DNA of 64,000 nt from a virus, in IMG/VR virus record IMGVR_UViG_3300023179_000086, positions 9,400 to 73,399 of that record. One strand, 5' to 3'. The notes beneath the pieces were generated by a model that saw only the letters and a program-made list of their open reading frames with translations, did not search any database and was not told the DNA's origin. A program made the translations under genes and the position numbers. Below are positions 1-9,121 of the stretch, piece after piece. Each line of letters starts with the position of its first letter. Within the stretch, counting starts at the first letter, position 1.

Positions 1-58
1 ATATAATTAATAATCCTCAAAGTCGTTGGAAATTTAATCCTGAGGAGGATTATTCGTA

Positions 59-442
59 ATGAGAGAAGAATATACATGGAGTTTAGTAGACCCAAAACCA
101 ATATTAGTTTACTTAGAACATTATGATGCTTATATTGTTTATTGGAATGGTATTGTCATGACGCACAATCAAGCATTATGCTTAGCGATGGAAATAAGTT
201 GTGGTAATTATATTACACCTGAAATGAAGAAAAAATTGCAAGAGAATTTTCTTAAATTGTACTATAGTAATGCTTTTGGAAGAAGGGATTGGGATGATAT
301 TATAGAATGTTATAGTTATTCTTATGATTTTCAAAAGAAAAAATTAATTGAGCATGTCAAAAGCCTAATTAAAGATATGTTACCAAGTGATGTTTTATCA
401 TGGTTTGATTATAAAAATGCAAGATCAAGTAAGGTTGTTTAA
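59..442 (+). CDS. hypothetical protein
   Basis: 127-aa ORF with GAGGAGG RBS upstream; no motif recognised. Confidence 0.75.
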   Translation: MREEYTWSLVDPKPILVYLEHYDAYIVYWNGIVMTHNQALCLAMEISCGNYITPEMKKKLQENFLKLYYSNAFGRRDWDDIIECYSYSYDFQKKKLIEHVKSLIKDMLPSDVLSWFDYKNARSSKVV

Positions 443-462
443 TTACAACATCAAAATAATGC

Positions 463-491
463 TTGACACATAGTTTGATTTTACCTATAAT
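463..491 (+). promoter_or_regulatory. sigma70-type early promoter
   Basis: TTGACA (463-468), 17 nt, TATAAT (486-491). Confidence 0.85.
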
Positions 492-521
492 ACATATATG
501 GTGATTAACAAGGAGATTGAG

Positions 522-833
522 ATGGAACTACGAATTGGTGACACGATTTCTTGGGTTTCTGCTGCAGGTGATCTAGTTGGTAAAATCAGCAATGTTTACA
601 TTGCATTGTCAGCAGCAGATAAAATGACTCCTTGGATTACAGTAGAGCGTTCAGGTATGAGTGGAGTAACATTCTGCGCATCTGATGCGTATTTGAAAAT
701 GTTGAAAGTTACAAAAGTAACCGAGCCTGAAATGAAAACGGTCACGAGTTATATGACAGGTGAAAAGGTTGAAATTCCTGCGGACACGCCATGGTGTTGC
801 AACCCTGCTAGCGAAACATATTGGAGCATGTGA
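522..833 (+). CDS. hypothetical phage protein
   Basis: AAGGAG RBS favours ATG 522; C-terminal TPWCCNPASETYWSM resembles a recurrent phage motif. Confidence 0.8.
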   Translation: MELRIGDTISWVSAAGDLVGKISNVYIALSAADKMTPWITVERSGMSGVTFCASDAYLKMLKVTKVTEPEMKTVTSYMTGEKVEIPADTPWCCNPASETYWSM

Positions 834-834
834 A

Positions 835-978
835 ATGAAAATTATTTTTAATCGCCTTTTGAACGGTTGGTATATTGTACGTGGTCCTCATCAAACACCT
901 ATCAGTGGTCGATTTGATAGTAAACAAGCTGCTTTAGCACATTTACGTAGTAGAAATCCATTATATACAGAAATTTAA
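835..978 (+). CDS. small hypothetical protein
   Basis: MKIIFNRLLNGWYIVRGPHQTP; ATG 835 abuts the upstream stop. Confidence 0.75.
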   Translation: MKIIFNRLLNGWYIVRGPHQTPISGRFDSKQAALAHLRSRNPLYTEI

Positions 979-985
979 GATAATC

Positions 986-1243
986 ATGAACGAACGAATT
1001 CGAGAACTAGTTAGAGAATCCAATTTAGATGTGTATGGTTTAGGCAAAGAAAGGTATAAGTGGGAATACACTGTAGAAAAATTCGCCGAGTTGATTGTGA
1101 AAGAATGTGTTCAGACCTTGTTGGATAACACACCAGACCCGTTTACCAACGAAGCAGCCGAGGAAGATTGGGATAGAGGATATGACCAAGCAATGAGAGA
1201 TTGTGTGCACCATATCAAAGAACATTTCGGAGTTGAAGGATGA
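986..1243 (+). CDS. hypothetical protein (MNERI..KFAELIV..EC family)
   Basis: Shares motifs with ORFs at 1418 and 2067. Confidence 0.8.
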   Translation: MNERIRELVRESNLDVYGLGKERYKWEYTVEKFAELIVKECVQTLLDNTPDPFTNEAAEEDWDRGYDQAMRDCVHHIKEHFGVEG

Positions 1244-1434
1244 CGGAAGATTATGACGTTGTATTGGCTACTCTTAAAGAAAAGAGAGATCAACTATGGA
1301 CTATGACCGAACGTAATATGCGTAGTGAATATATTGGAATGAACATTATGGATGACATTAGACTGGATCAGATCCAACAGTTGGAGGAGGCTATGCGTAT
1401 GTGGCAAGCAAGAGCAAATGACACCAAGGATTAA
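1240..1434 (+). CDS. hypothetical protein
   Basis: ATGA overlap with upstream gene. Confidence 0.7.
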   Translation: MTEDYDVVLATLKEKRDQLWTMTERNMRSEYIGMNIMDDIRLDQIQQLEEAMRMWQARANDTKD

Positions 1435-1657
1435 AGAACTCATACTAAAGTCAGGTGTGGTACACTTTGAATCTGATGGCAAAATACGGGATGCTGAACG
1501 ATTAGTTAGATTGGTCATAGAAGAATGCCTACTAGCCTTGGAACCTGATTGGTACGGTACCGAAATCGAATACGAGTTTGAACAACGGTTCTTTAGTCGG
1601 TGTAATGCAATTATAAAGAAACATTTTGGATTGAATATTAGAAATAATGATGAATAA
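1418..1657 (+). CDS. hypothetical protein, paralog of 986..1243
   Basis: MTPRIKEL..RLVIEEC..IKKHFG parallels MNERIREL..ELIVKEC..IKEHFG; start moved to ATG 1418. Confidence 0.7.
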   Translation: MTPRIKELILKSGVVHFESDGKIRDAERLVRLVIEECLLALEPDWYGTEIEYEFEQRFFSRCNAIIKKHFGLNIRNNDE

Positions 1658-2063
1658 CATAAACATAATTAATTATATTCAAAATAGATGGATGGTTATT
1701 GCAAGAATTTTGTATTTTGTATTGTCTTTGGCAATTATATTAGTTTTAATTTATGAGCGATCATATTTAATTAAACCACCACCACCTCCAATACTACAAC
1801 CATCAATTGATATTGATAATATTAATAAAATTATTAGTAATTTAGAGAGAGAAACTAATTCCCAATTAAATGCAATTAAAACACTTGAAACTAAAATTGA
1901 AGAACAAAAAGCAACAACAAATAATTTAGATAAGAAACTTCAATTACAACTTGAATTTAATAAAAGAATATGCGAATATATTTGGGTTATCACTATTGAT
2001 AAAAAAATAGTTCCTAGAAAATGTACTCCTGATTTTAATTGGACAAAAGAGGTTGAAAGATGA
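1647..2063 (+). CDS. membrane-anchored coiled-coil protein
   Basis: N-terminal hydrophobic helix, PPPPP linker, heptad-rich middle. Confidence 0.7.
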   Translation: MMNNINIINYIQNRWMVIARILYFVLSLAIILVLIYERSYLIKPPPPPILQPSIDIDNINKIISNLERETNSQLNAIKTLETKIEEQKATTNNLDKKLQLQLEFNKRICEYIWVITIDKKIVPRKCTPDFNWTKEVER

Positions 2064-2066
2064 AAG

Positions 2067-2315
2067 ATGAATGATAATATTAAACATATTTGGCATCAAG
2101 CTTCTGCATCTCATGTGCAAGCAATAACAAGTAAACAAACTAAAGAAAATTTTATAATTAAATTTTCTGAGTTGTTAGTTCAAGACTGTTTAGATTCTTT
2201 GACACACCTTAAAGGATATAGTGGAGTTGGGGAGGATGGTAATCCATACGACACTTCAAGTTGGAATGCTGCCTTAGCTGCTGCGCAAAAATATATTATT
2301 AATCGATTAAATTAA
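2067..2315 (+). CDS. hypothetical protein
   Basis: KFSELLVQDC motif related to 986..1243. Confidence 0.7.
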   Translation: MNDNIKHIWHQASASHVQAITSKQTKENFIIKFSELLVQDCLDSLTHLKGYSGVGEDGNPYDTSSWNAALAAAQKYIINRLN

Positions 2316-2337
2316 AAAATAATTAAAGGGAAAATAA

Positions 2338-2769
2338 ATGCATCCATTTTATCGTTTAAAAGAACGTTTACAACAAGAAGGATGGTATATAGGATGGGCA
2401 TTACCCTGTTGCCAAACTTGTGCTTGGCAAGAATTACCTTATGAACATGAGGAGGGACCTTTTAAGGGAGAGACACTTGATTGGACTAAATTATTGTTTA
2501 GTCATGAACAAGATTGCATGGTAGATTATGAATATGATGAAACAAATGATGTTCGTATTTTTCCTGATGGTAAAACTGAGGATGATTATGATTGTGTAAC
2601 TTTTCCTCATTATAAACCTGAAGAAACTAGCGGTAGTTTATTTTGTTTTAATGGAGATGATGAAGGTATTAAAAATTTAATTAATATTATTCCACTTATA
2701 GAAGAATGTGGTTGTAAAATACAATGGAACAAAAGCGGAGATTCTCGTCCGTATATAAATTGGAATTAA
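2338..2769 (+). CDS. hypothetical protein with CCxxC motif
   Basis: 143-aa ORF, LPCCQTCAW. Confidence 0.75.
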   Translation: MHPFYRLKERLQQEGWYIGWALPCCQTCAWQELPYEHEEGPFKGETLDWTKLLFSHEQDCMVDYEYDETNDVRIFPDGKTEDDYDCVTFPHYKPEETSGSLFCFNGDDEGIKNLINIIPLIEECGCKIQWNKSGDSRPYINWN

Positions 2770-2807
2770 CCATGAGTTACGATTTAAACAACAAGGAGAT
2801 TATTAAC

Positions 2808-3023
2808 ATGACTGATCGTTTCGATTTAGAGCAGCAAATTCTAGGATGTTGGGGGATTATTGACGAAATTAAATTATTAACTGAACAAGTATTAGAGAAT
2901 GATGATTTTGATAAGGATAAAATTTCTAATTTTTTGATTGGACTAGAAACTATATATCAATTAAAATTTGATCACTTATTTACTACATTTGAAACTTTAG
3001 TACAGGATAGAAAAATCGTATGA
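2808..3023 (+). CDS. hypothetical phage protein
   Basis: AAGGAG RBS before ATG 2808; DRFDLEQQILGCW. Confidence 0.75.
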   Translation: MTDRFDLEQQILGCWGIIDEIKLLTEQVLENDDFDKDKISNFLIGLETIYQLKFDHLFTTFETLVQDRKIV

Positions 3024-3256
3024 GTAAATATAAGTTTGGTGATTTTGTTCGGTATGACAACAATGATCTTTATGGCGTAGCATACGTAATTGGACACAAA
3101 AAAATTGAAAATATTGAAATACCAATTATTGCTAATAAAGATTTTATGGGCATGCCAATTAATAGTTTATTTTTGAAATTGGTAGAAACAGGTTGTTTGG
3201 ATATTGCTAAATCGTTACGTGAACAGTACCAATATAATTTTGGAGATTTAATTTAA
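3020..3256 (+). CDS. hypothetical protein
   Basis: ATGA overlap; KYKFGDFVR start. Confidence 0.7.
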   Translation: MSKYKFGDFVRYDNNDLYGVAYVIGHKKIENIEIPIIANKDFMGMPINSLFLKLVETGCLDIAKSLREQYQYNFGDLI

Positions 3257-3304
3257 TTATCTAAATAAATTGACTTTTTGTATAGATAAGGTTACATTTT
3301 GCAA

Positions 3305-3751
3305 ATGATATTAAAAGCTAAACCGATTATTAAAAATCAATTTTGGGTTGTTACTGATGGTAGCACTAAGATAGGTAATGTTGAAGCTAGTGGAAATGGA
3401 TTTGATTTTAAATCTATTGATGGTAAGATTACACATTTTAAAGATACTACATCTATTGAAAAAACTATTGCTATCCAATTTGAAAAACCGCAAAAAAAAT
3501 ATTACAATGTAAATATACCATTTGCAAAATGGCCTACTGAAGGTAAAACATACAATAATATGTATGATGTTAAAAGAAAATTACATGTTTATACTAAATC
3601 AAATAAAAGTAAATGTTATCATGCAGCAGGTTATTTTAAAATTAAAATGAATGATATTTGGCAAGTTATATTTTGTCCAAAGTATATTTTTGTACAGCGT
3701 TATCCTTATTATGGACCATATAATACTTTGGACGAGGTTAATTCCGAATAA
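3305..3751 (+). CDS. hypothetical phage protein
   Basis: Long ORF with genome-typical codons; ATG 3305 preferred to TTG 3299. Confidence 0.8.
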   Translation: MILKAKPIIKNQFWVVTDGSTKIGNVEASGNGFDFKSIDGKITHFKDTTSIEKTIAIQFEKPQKKYYNVNIPFAKWPTEGKTYNNMYDVKRKLHVYTKSNKSKCYHAAGYFKIKMNDIWQVIFCPKYIFVQRYPYYGPYNTLDEVNSE

Positions 3752-3759
3752 ATATAGCT

Positions 3760-3951
3760 ATGATTCATATAAAAAAGTTTATTGACAGGGTTGGTGCTAG
3801 TGATAATACATCAAATCGTGATTTTGTAATGCCCCTAAGTGATGCAAGATATTTACGTGATGAAATTGCTAAATTACTTGTAGATAAGGTACAAACTAAA
3901 CAATCTACTCAAGATATAGTTGAAGTACAAGTTAAAGGAGGTAGATTTTAA
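3760..3951 (+). CDS. hypothetical protein
   Basis: Preceded by AATAAATA late-promoter-like motif. Confidence 0.75.
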   Translation: MIHIKKFIDRVGASDNTSNRDFVMPLSDARYLRDEIAKLLVDKVQTKQSTQDIVEVQVKGGRF

Positions 3952-4244
3952 TGTCCCGTACTCAACCAAAAGTTCTTATAGAAATAGTAGACAAAAAGAC
4001 TTATAAACTTGATCAAATATTAGAAGCAGCAGGTATATGGGCTATTTTTTACGAAAATCAACCTATAAATTTAAAAAATAGTCATCATTATGATAGCAAT
4101 ACTGTTCCAAAATATAAAAAAACAAGTTTCAGTAACCCAGGCCACGCTCGTAATCTATGTAAAAAACTTAATAAACAATTCATGACCGATAAATTTTCCG
4201 TTGTTTTTATGAATCAAGGAACTAAAGTTTTCCCCGATCAATGA
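3951..4244 (+). CDS. hypothetical phage protein
   Basis: TAATG overlap; PKYKKTSFSNPGHA motif. Confidence 0.8.
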   Translation: MSRTQPKVLIEIVDKKTYKLDQILEAAGIWAIFYENQPINLKNSHHYDSNTVPKYKKTSFSNPGHARNLCKKLNKQFMTDKFSVVFMNQGTKVFPDQ

Positions 4245-4645
4245 AACAGTTTGCTGATAGAGATACTGTTGCAACTAAAATATTACAGCTTATAGAGCAA
4301 AACGATATCGTTTATAAAGAAACTTTTTGGTATAATTTACGTAAAGATGGTGGATGGAGACTATCTGATATCGGTCATGCTATGTGTGAGCAAGCTAAAA
4401 TTACAAGCACTAGTGTTAAATTGTGGGATGATGGTCACAAATATAGAACTGCAGTTGATTCAAAAACATTATTAAAACTGTCTAAATTCATTCAAAGTCC
4501 TTACTATATTCAGTTCGGAAAAATTAAAAAAAATATTATTAAAACTACGGATATATACCTTAAATTATATGACGAACGTATTGCTACCATGATGATATTA
4601 TATGGTAGTGTACAAGCATATTTAGAATCAATTGAAAATGTTTAA
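4241..4645 (+). CDS. hypothetical protein
   Basis: ATGA overlap, 134 aa. Confidence 0.75.
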   Translation: MKQFADRDTVATKILQLIEQNDIVYKETFWYNLRKDGGWRLSDIGHAMCEQAKITSTSVKLWDDGHKYRTAVDSKTLLKLSKFIQSPYYIQFGKIKKNIIKTTDIYLKLYDERIATMMILYGSVQAYLESIENV

Positions 4646-4655
4646 AGGAGAAAAT

Positions 4656-4823
4656 ATGAGTCACGATAAACCAAAAAGTAATATGGCTGATTTATTAGAA
4701 AAAAAGAAAATTTTACAAAGTAATCAACAAAGTAAACTTAATCCTAATGGTGGTAAACAAGGTAAAGTTACTAAAGGTAATAATGGTGCTGCTATGGTTC
4801 GTAGAAGTGGGCGTGGTGGGTAA
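4656..4823 (+). CDS. small basic protein
   Basis: AAGGAG RBS before ATG 4656; ends RRSGRGG. Confidence 0.7.
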   Translation: MSHDKPKSNMADLLEKKKILQSNQQSKLNPNGGKQGKVTKGNNGAAMVRRSGRGG

Positions 4824-4879
4824 TAATTTTGCAAAATATGTCAACCATTATTATCTTTATGCGTTATATGTAATAGTAT

Positions 4880-4937
4880 AGTTAATATTAAGTTTGCTCT
4901 GCGAAATATTAACTTAGTCCGTAAGGATTATAGAGCA
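4880..4937 (+). promoter_or_regulatory. candidate pseudoknotted 5'-UTR RNA element
   Basis: 10-bp stem 4880-4889/4905-4914; loop TGCTCTG pairs with TAGAGCA 4931-4937; inserted hairpin TAGTCC-GTAA-GGATTA. Confidence 0.45.
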
Positions 4938-4957
4938 TTTTTTAAAAAGAGATTATT

Positions 4958-5125
4958 ATGAAACAATTATTCATTGCATTATTTGCTAGCCTTTTTGCAG
5001 TAAGCGCATTCGCTGCTGATGCAAAAAAAGAAGAAAAGAAAGACGCACCTAAAGCTGAAGCTAAGAAAGACGCACCTAAAGCTGAAGCTAAGAAAGACGA
5101 CAAAAAGCCAGCAGAAAAAAAGTAA
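4958..5125 (+). CDS. small secreted Lys/Ala-rich protein (missed by ORF track)
   Basis: MKQLFIALFASLFAVSAFA-ADAKKEEKKDAPKAEAKKDAPKAEAKKDDKKPAEKK; Sec signal with AFA cleavage site. Confidence 0.85.
   Translation: MKQLFIALFASLFAVSAFAADAKKEEKKDAPKAEAKKDAPKAEAKKDDKKPAEKK
5036..5099 (+). repeat. 27-bp coding tandem repeat
   Basis: AAGAAAGACGCACCTAAAGCTGAAGCT twice plus a partial third copy (KKDAPKAEA). Confidence 0.9.
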
Positions 5126-5127
5126 TA

Positions 5128-5331
5128 TTGGTTCGTCGAAAAGACTTGCCACTATTACATAAAAATGACTTTACTGATTTAGAAATATTAGCTTTTGATG
5201 ATGTAGTAGGACGTAACCTAACAAGATTACGTATTGTTCAAGAAAATAATTTAAGTCATTTTGTTAAATTTAGGTTATGGTTGGCTAGACAACTTGCTTT
5301 AAAAAAGTTTGATAAAGTCTTTCAACACTAA
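5128..5331 (+). CDS. hypothetical protein
   Basis: 67-aa ORF ending at a terminator; TTG start uncertain. Confidence 0.55.
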   Translation: MVRRKDLPLLHKNDFTDLEILAFDDVVGRNLTRLRIVQENNLSHFVKFRLWLARQLALKKFDKVFQH

Positions 5332-5353
5332 AAGGCACTTCGGTGCCTTTTTT
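5330..5353 (+). terminator. intrinsic terminator
   Basis: AAAAGGCAC-TTCG-GTGCCTTTTTT. Confidence 0.9.
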
Positions 5354-5420
5354 ATCCACCTATTTTACCGCACTGCAACATATAAATAATTTATATACAC
5401 ATACACATGGAGAAACCAAA

Positions 5421-5591
5421 ATGTTTATAACCCAATTTATGCTCAATATCCTTGAGCGTTTGTCAGAAATGTTCCCAAATGATGGTTACCAAAATCGTTT
5501 GGAGCGTTATCTTAGTACAAAAAGCATTACAGATGCTGCTATTCTTGACAATTATATCAAAGAGTTCGAATATCAATCCCATAAGGAATAA
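5421..5591 (+). CDS. DUF3563-like small protein
   Basis: GGAGA RBS before ATG 5421; RLERYLSTKSITDAAILDNYIKEFE resembles betaproteobacterial DUF3563 (from memory). Confidence 0.65.
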   Translation: MFITQFMLNILERLSEMFPNDGYQNRLERYLSTKSITDAAILDNYIKEFEYQSHKE

Positions 5592-5595
5592 GAAT

Positions 5596-5706
5596 ATGTT
5601 TAGTTTTTTAGCAAGTATAGGTTATCAAATTTTTAAAGCATTAGAAGCTAGTGGGCAAGCACGTGCTCGCAGATATCTCAGTTTACATAAAGGAACTTGG
5701 CAATGA
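5596..5706 (+). CDS. small hypothetical protein (36 aa)
   Basis: AAGGA RBS; MFSFLASIGYQIFKALEASGQARARRYL. Confidence 0.65.
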   Translation: MFSFLASIGYQIFKALEASGQARARRYLSLHKGTWQ

Positions 5707-5810
5707 CTTTCTTCAAAATGATCTATGAAATATGGTGCCAAGGATTGTTAGCTAGTCATTTAACACGCAGAGGTAAATGGCAAAGTGCGGTAAAGTTGAT
5801 GGGGAAGTAA
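5703..5810 (+). CDS. small hypothetical protein (35 aa, missed by ORF track)
   Basis: ATGA overlap, AAGGA RBS; MTFFKMIYEIWCQGLLASHLTRRGKWQSAVKLMGK. Confidence 0.6.
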   Translation: MTFFKMIYEIWCQGLLASHLTRRGKWQSAVKLMGK

Positions 5811-5811
5811 T

Positions 5812-5934
5812 ATGATTTTTGCATACCTTACACTTGGTTCATTAGCACTTGTTGCTTATATTGATGAAAAGTTAAATCATCAATATGTACTTGGTGAAGA
5901 GTGGGATTTTGTGACACCTAGAATAAAAAATTAA
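5812..5934 (+). CDS. small membrane protein (40 aa, missed by ORF track)
   Basis: MIFAYLTLGSLALVAYIDEKL; fills the gap up to the convergent gene. Confidence 0.55.
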   Translation: MIFAYLTLGSLALVAYIDEKLNHQYVLGEEWDFVTPRIKN

Positions 5935-7316
5935 AGTAGTTGAATACCTGCTAATTGCTTGTAGCGATCTAAATCTTCGTTAGTCGTTTCTTCTTGTTTA
6001 AATTTGCTTTCAAACCAACGTCGATAATCAGTAGGTACATACTTTACTGCTTCTAAGCGAAATTCAGGAGTAAGTACTTTTTTGGGCACGTATTCTAATG
6101 CAGCAACATTTTGTTGTACTGCTGCTAAACATAATTCAGGAGTACGTAATTCTTCGGGTACATATCCTAGTGCTTGACCAAATTGTTGTACCGCTTTCAA
6201 AGCAAGTTTGTCATAATTTTTAGTATTTGGTGTTATATACTTTATATTGTTGCCATTGTATGAAACTAAATCACTGAGTAATTCAAAATCATTTCTCCAC
6301 TCATTTCTTGCTTTTAATAAATTAATAGGATTATATTTTAACAAAGTAAGTAGTTTTTTTCGGTAATTAGGTAGTTCGTTGGGAGCATATAATATATATT
6401 GAGAATTATGCTTTAGTACTTGCTCCCATGTTTCAATGCTAGGATTATCTAATAATAATTGTACATCCTTAGACACATAATTACTATATTTTTGCTGTAT
6501 GTCCCTTGGTGCTTTTAATATTTCAGATGGCGTAATTTTCAATTGATCTCTGATTAATTTTGGCTTGTTTTTATCTATTAGGTCTAAATTTTTTTCATCT
6601 AAGTCAAATATACTGAAATTCATATCAGGTAAATATCCTTTTCCTGTTATGCCTTTTATTATATTGTTTAATAATAATTGCATAATGTATGGGTGATACT
6701 TAGGGTCAGGTTTTCGATTAAAACGAGCTTTCATTTCACCAAGTGTACCATTAGGTTCTAAAATAAATGTCAATAGTACATGTCCACCTGTATCTCTATA
6801 GCTTAATATTCTTTGATCTTCTTTGTGTTGACCGACTACATTACCGCAGTGACCACCACTACGTGCTTCATCTGAACAATATGCTCGGTTTATATACCAC
6901 CATGCTGTGCCATTACTAAATGGTATTAGCTTATAATCACCTGTTTGTATTGCAGGTGGTGCTTCACTTCGTTGCTTTGATTGGTGTTCTTGCTCTATTT
7001 GTGCGAATTGGTTAAACAAATCTTGTGCATTAATTTCATTTTTAAATACTACTGCATCAATTTTTGGTATATTTTGTCCTAAGTAATGAGTAAGTTTTTC
7101 TTGAAATTGACCTAAATCTTTTTCACCACCTAATGGTTTATTATCATTCGGGTTTTGTAAATATTTTTTAAGTACATTTAAATACCAAACCACCCTATCT
7201 TGTTTTTTTAAGTTCTTTCCCCATCTTATATCTTGTTCATGGTCAGGGTACTTACGAACTAATGCGTCCAACATAGAATCATACGCAGCTTCAATAATAA
7301 ATTCAGTAACTCTCAT
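5931..7316 (-). CDS. DUF4116-repeat protein, probable virion-internal protein
   Basis: C-terminal AVQQ..AL.YVP...TPE repeats; N-terminal MRVTEFIIE; C-terminal DLDRYKQLAGI; ATAAATA upstream. Confidence 0.75.
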   Translation of the reverse strand: MRVTEFIIEAAYDSMLDALVRKYPDHEQDIRWGKNLKKQDRVVWYLNVLKKYLQNPNDNKPLGGEKDLGQFQEKLTHYLGQNIPKIDAVVFKNEINAQDLFNQFAQIEQEHQSKQRSEAPPAIQTGDYKLIPFSNGTAWWYINRAYCSDEARSGGHCGNVVGQHKEDQRILSYRDTGGHVLLTFILEPNGTLGEMKARFNRKPDPKYHPYIMQLLLNNIIKGITGKGYLPDMNFSIFDLDEKNLDLIDKNKPKLIRDQLKITPSEILKAPRDIQQKYSNYVSKDVQLLLDNPSIETWEQVLKHNSQYILYAPNELPNYRKKLLTLLKYNPINLLKARNEWRNDFELLSDLVSYNGNNIKYITPNTKNYDKLALKAVQQFGQALGYVPEELRTPELCLAAVQQNVAALEYVPKKVLTPEFRLEAVKYVPTDYRRWFESKFKQEETTNEDLDRYKQLAGIQLL

Positions 7317-7366
7317 TTATATATTTATTATTATCCAAAATAATTGTAATCAATCTGTAAATCATG

Positions 7367-7374
7367 TATAAATA
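7367..7374 (+). promoter_or_regulatory. T4-type late promoter
   Basis: TATAAATA upstream of 7435, followed by hairpin GAGAGCAC/GTGCTCTC. Confidence 0.6.
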
Positions 7375-7434
7375 TATATGAGAGCACATAGGGTGCTCTC
7401 AAACTAGACACATACACACATAAAGGAGAGTAGC

Positions 7435-7713
7435 ATGTCTAATTTAGATCTACCAAAAACTGAAGTAAAATTCAACAAAAACGGTTATGAAATCCGTACA
7501 GAAATCCTCAAAATGGCAAAAGACCTTATTAGCGAGGAATATCATTCTAAATTTCACGGTTGGGAAATGAGCGTACAACGTGACGAAAAAGGTGTTGTTA
7601 CAACAACCCTTGGTATGCCACAGTTCCCAGGCATCGAGCAAGTCCTAAAAACCGCAGAAACCATGTACAACTTTGTCAATCACGCTTCACAAAGCATGAC
7701 CAAAACAAAATAA
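7435..7713 (+). CDS. hypothetical phage protein
   Basis: AAGGAG RBS; NKNGYEIRTEILKMAKD; own terminator. Confidence 0.85.
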   Translation: MSNLDLPKTEVKFNKNGYEIRTEILKMAKDLISEEYHSKFHGWEMSVQRDEKGVVTTTLGMPQFPGIEQVLKTAETMYNFVNHASQSMTKTK

Positions 7714-7735
7714 TTTAGGGTAATTTCAATCCATT

Positions 7736-7761
7736 AAAGCACAGCTAGTCTGTGCTTTTTT
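7736..7761 (+). terminator. intrinsic terminator
   Basis: AAAGCACAG-CTAGT-CTGTGCTTTTTT. Confidence 0.85.
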
Positions 7762-7809
7762 ATTTCCTTCCTGCTACAATATAAGAAATTTTAAACGGAG
7801 AATATTCCT

Positions 7810-8466
7810 ATGACAGATTCAGGTTATATTTATATTGGTGGTTATTACCACTATAGCGGTAAAGATATCAGTTCACTTACTGAGAAAAAAGTAGGCAAAA
7901 GTATTAACGTACCTAGTAGAGAAAATGCCTTAAACAGTACTAAGTTTACTATTGGCTATACCATGATCAAATATTGGCAAGTTGATAGTATGAGCAGGGT
8001 TGAAAAACTTTTGCATGCTGTACTACCTGAACGTATGAATGGTGAATGGTTCGAAGACACTGATGGTATGCTAGTTGAACGTGTATCTAAGTTTATGGAT
8101 GTATATGGTGCTATTGAACAAAATGTTAATCCCACCGACTTAGAACCTGCAGCAGCTAAATTTGTAGCTAGTAATCGTTCACGTGATCGTGTTGCTGAGT
8201 TGGCAGGACAAACATTTAGTCAAGCTAAAAATAGTACTGATGGCAATCCCATAAAAGTAAGTTTTACCGTACAAGCTGATGGTTCATTCTTATGTCATGA
8301 AAATGGTAAAACCTATGATACTAGCCCACATAGCGCATTTTGTGAACTATGGGCGAATCGTGTAACAGGTGAAGCAAAAACTAACGTGTGGACAGGCCCA
8401 CGTAATGAACATGGTCGTAGCATGGATCAAGAATTAGCACTACTTACCCCTAAAGCAGGAGCATAA
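7810..8466 (+). CDS. GIY-YIG-like (T5orf172/MUG113) domain protein
   Basis: GYIYIG..KKVGKS..R..L..VEKLLH..GEWF. Confidence 0.75.
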   Translation: MTDSGYIYIGGYYHYSGKDISSLTEKKVGKSINVPSRENALNSTKFTIGYTMIKYWQVDSMSRVEKLLHAVLPERMNGEWFEDTDGMLVERVSKFMDVYGAIEQNVNPTDLEPAAAKFVASNRSRDRVAELAGQTFSQAKNSTDGNPIKVSFTVQADGSFLCHENGKTYDTSPHSAFCELWANRVTGEAKTNVWTGPRNEHGRSMDQELALLTPKAGA

Positions 8467-8467
8467 T

Positions 8468-8743
8468 ATGGCACATATTGAAGCATCAACTATTAAAAAT
8501 AATTTTAGCTTATGGCAAGCAGTTGGACTATCAGGTGATTCAGAATTAGCTGAATATTTACTTGAGCATGGATTTTATCGTGTTCCTATGGATAAGTGGA
8601 AAGTAGTTAATGAAATCATGAAAACTGCTGAAGTCAAATGCACCTATAAGTATATGGCAGATAGAGTTGTTACCAAACCACAAGCCACTCATTTTAGTGT
8701 GGTGATAAAACAACCAAGAAAAAAGAAGTTGACAAGTAAATAA
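8468..8743 (+). CDS. hypothetical protein
   Basis: AGGAG RBS, 91 aa. Confidence 0.75.
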   Translation: MAHIEASTIKNNFSLWQAVGLSGDSELAEYLLEHGFYRVPMDKWKVVNEIMKTAEVKCTYKYMADRVVTKPQATHFSVVIKQPRKKKLTSK

Positions 8744-8757
8744 AATTTAGATATACT
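8729..8757 (+). promoter_or_regulatory. sigma70-type promoter
   Basis: TTGACA-17-TATACT. Confidence 0.8.
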
Positions 8758-8785
8758 GCTTGTATCTTAACAAAAGGACGCAAGC

Positions 8786-9055
8786 ATGGACACCAAAATA
8801 CCTCCAACAATTTCTTTAAGCTGGTTAGAGTTTGACAAGCAAACAAAAATTCTTCGCATGCCCTCTGAATATTTGGGTATGCCTGATCAGTTTTTTGTGG
8901 AGTCGCATCATACAGGTAAAAATGTTCGTTTTACCAAAGTTAACCAATATGATGTACTGTATGACCAAGATGGTTGGGATGGTGAAATGCAGAAGTATCG
9001 CCCTGTTGGAAATGTACCAAACGTTGATCATTTAGTCATCTATCATCAATATTAA
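8786..9055 (+). CDS. hypothetical protein
   Basis: AAGGA RBS, follows promoter. Confidence 0.75.
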   Translation: MDTKIPPTISLSWLEFDKQTKILRMPSEYLGMPDQFFVESHHTGKNVRFTKVNQYDVLYDQDGWDGEMQKYRPVGNVPNVDHLVIYHQY

Positions 9056-9058
9056 TTG

Positions 9059-9088
9059 TTGACATACCAACAACAATGTTGGTATAAT
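9059..9088 (+). promoter_or_regulatory. sigma70-type promoter
   Basis: TTGACA-18-TATAAT with TG extension. Confidence 0.75.
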
Positions 9089-9121
9089 TGTATTTTCGAT
9101 TGACAAACAACGGAGCTAGAA

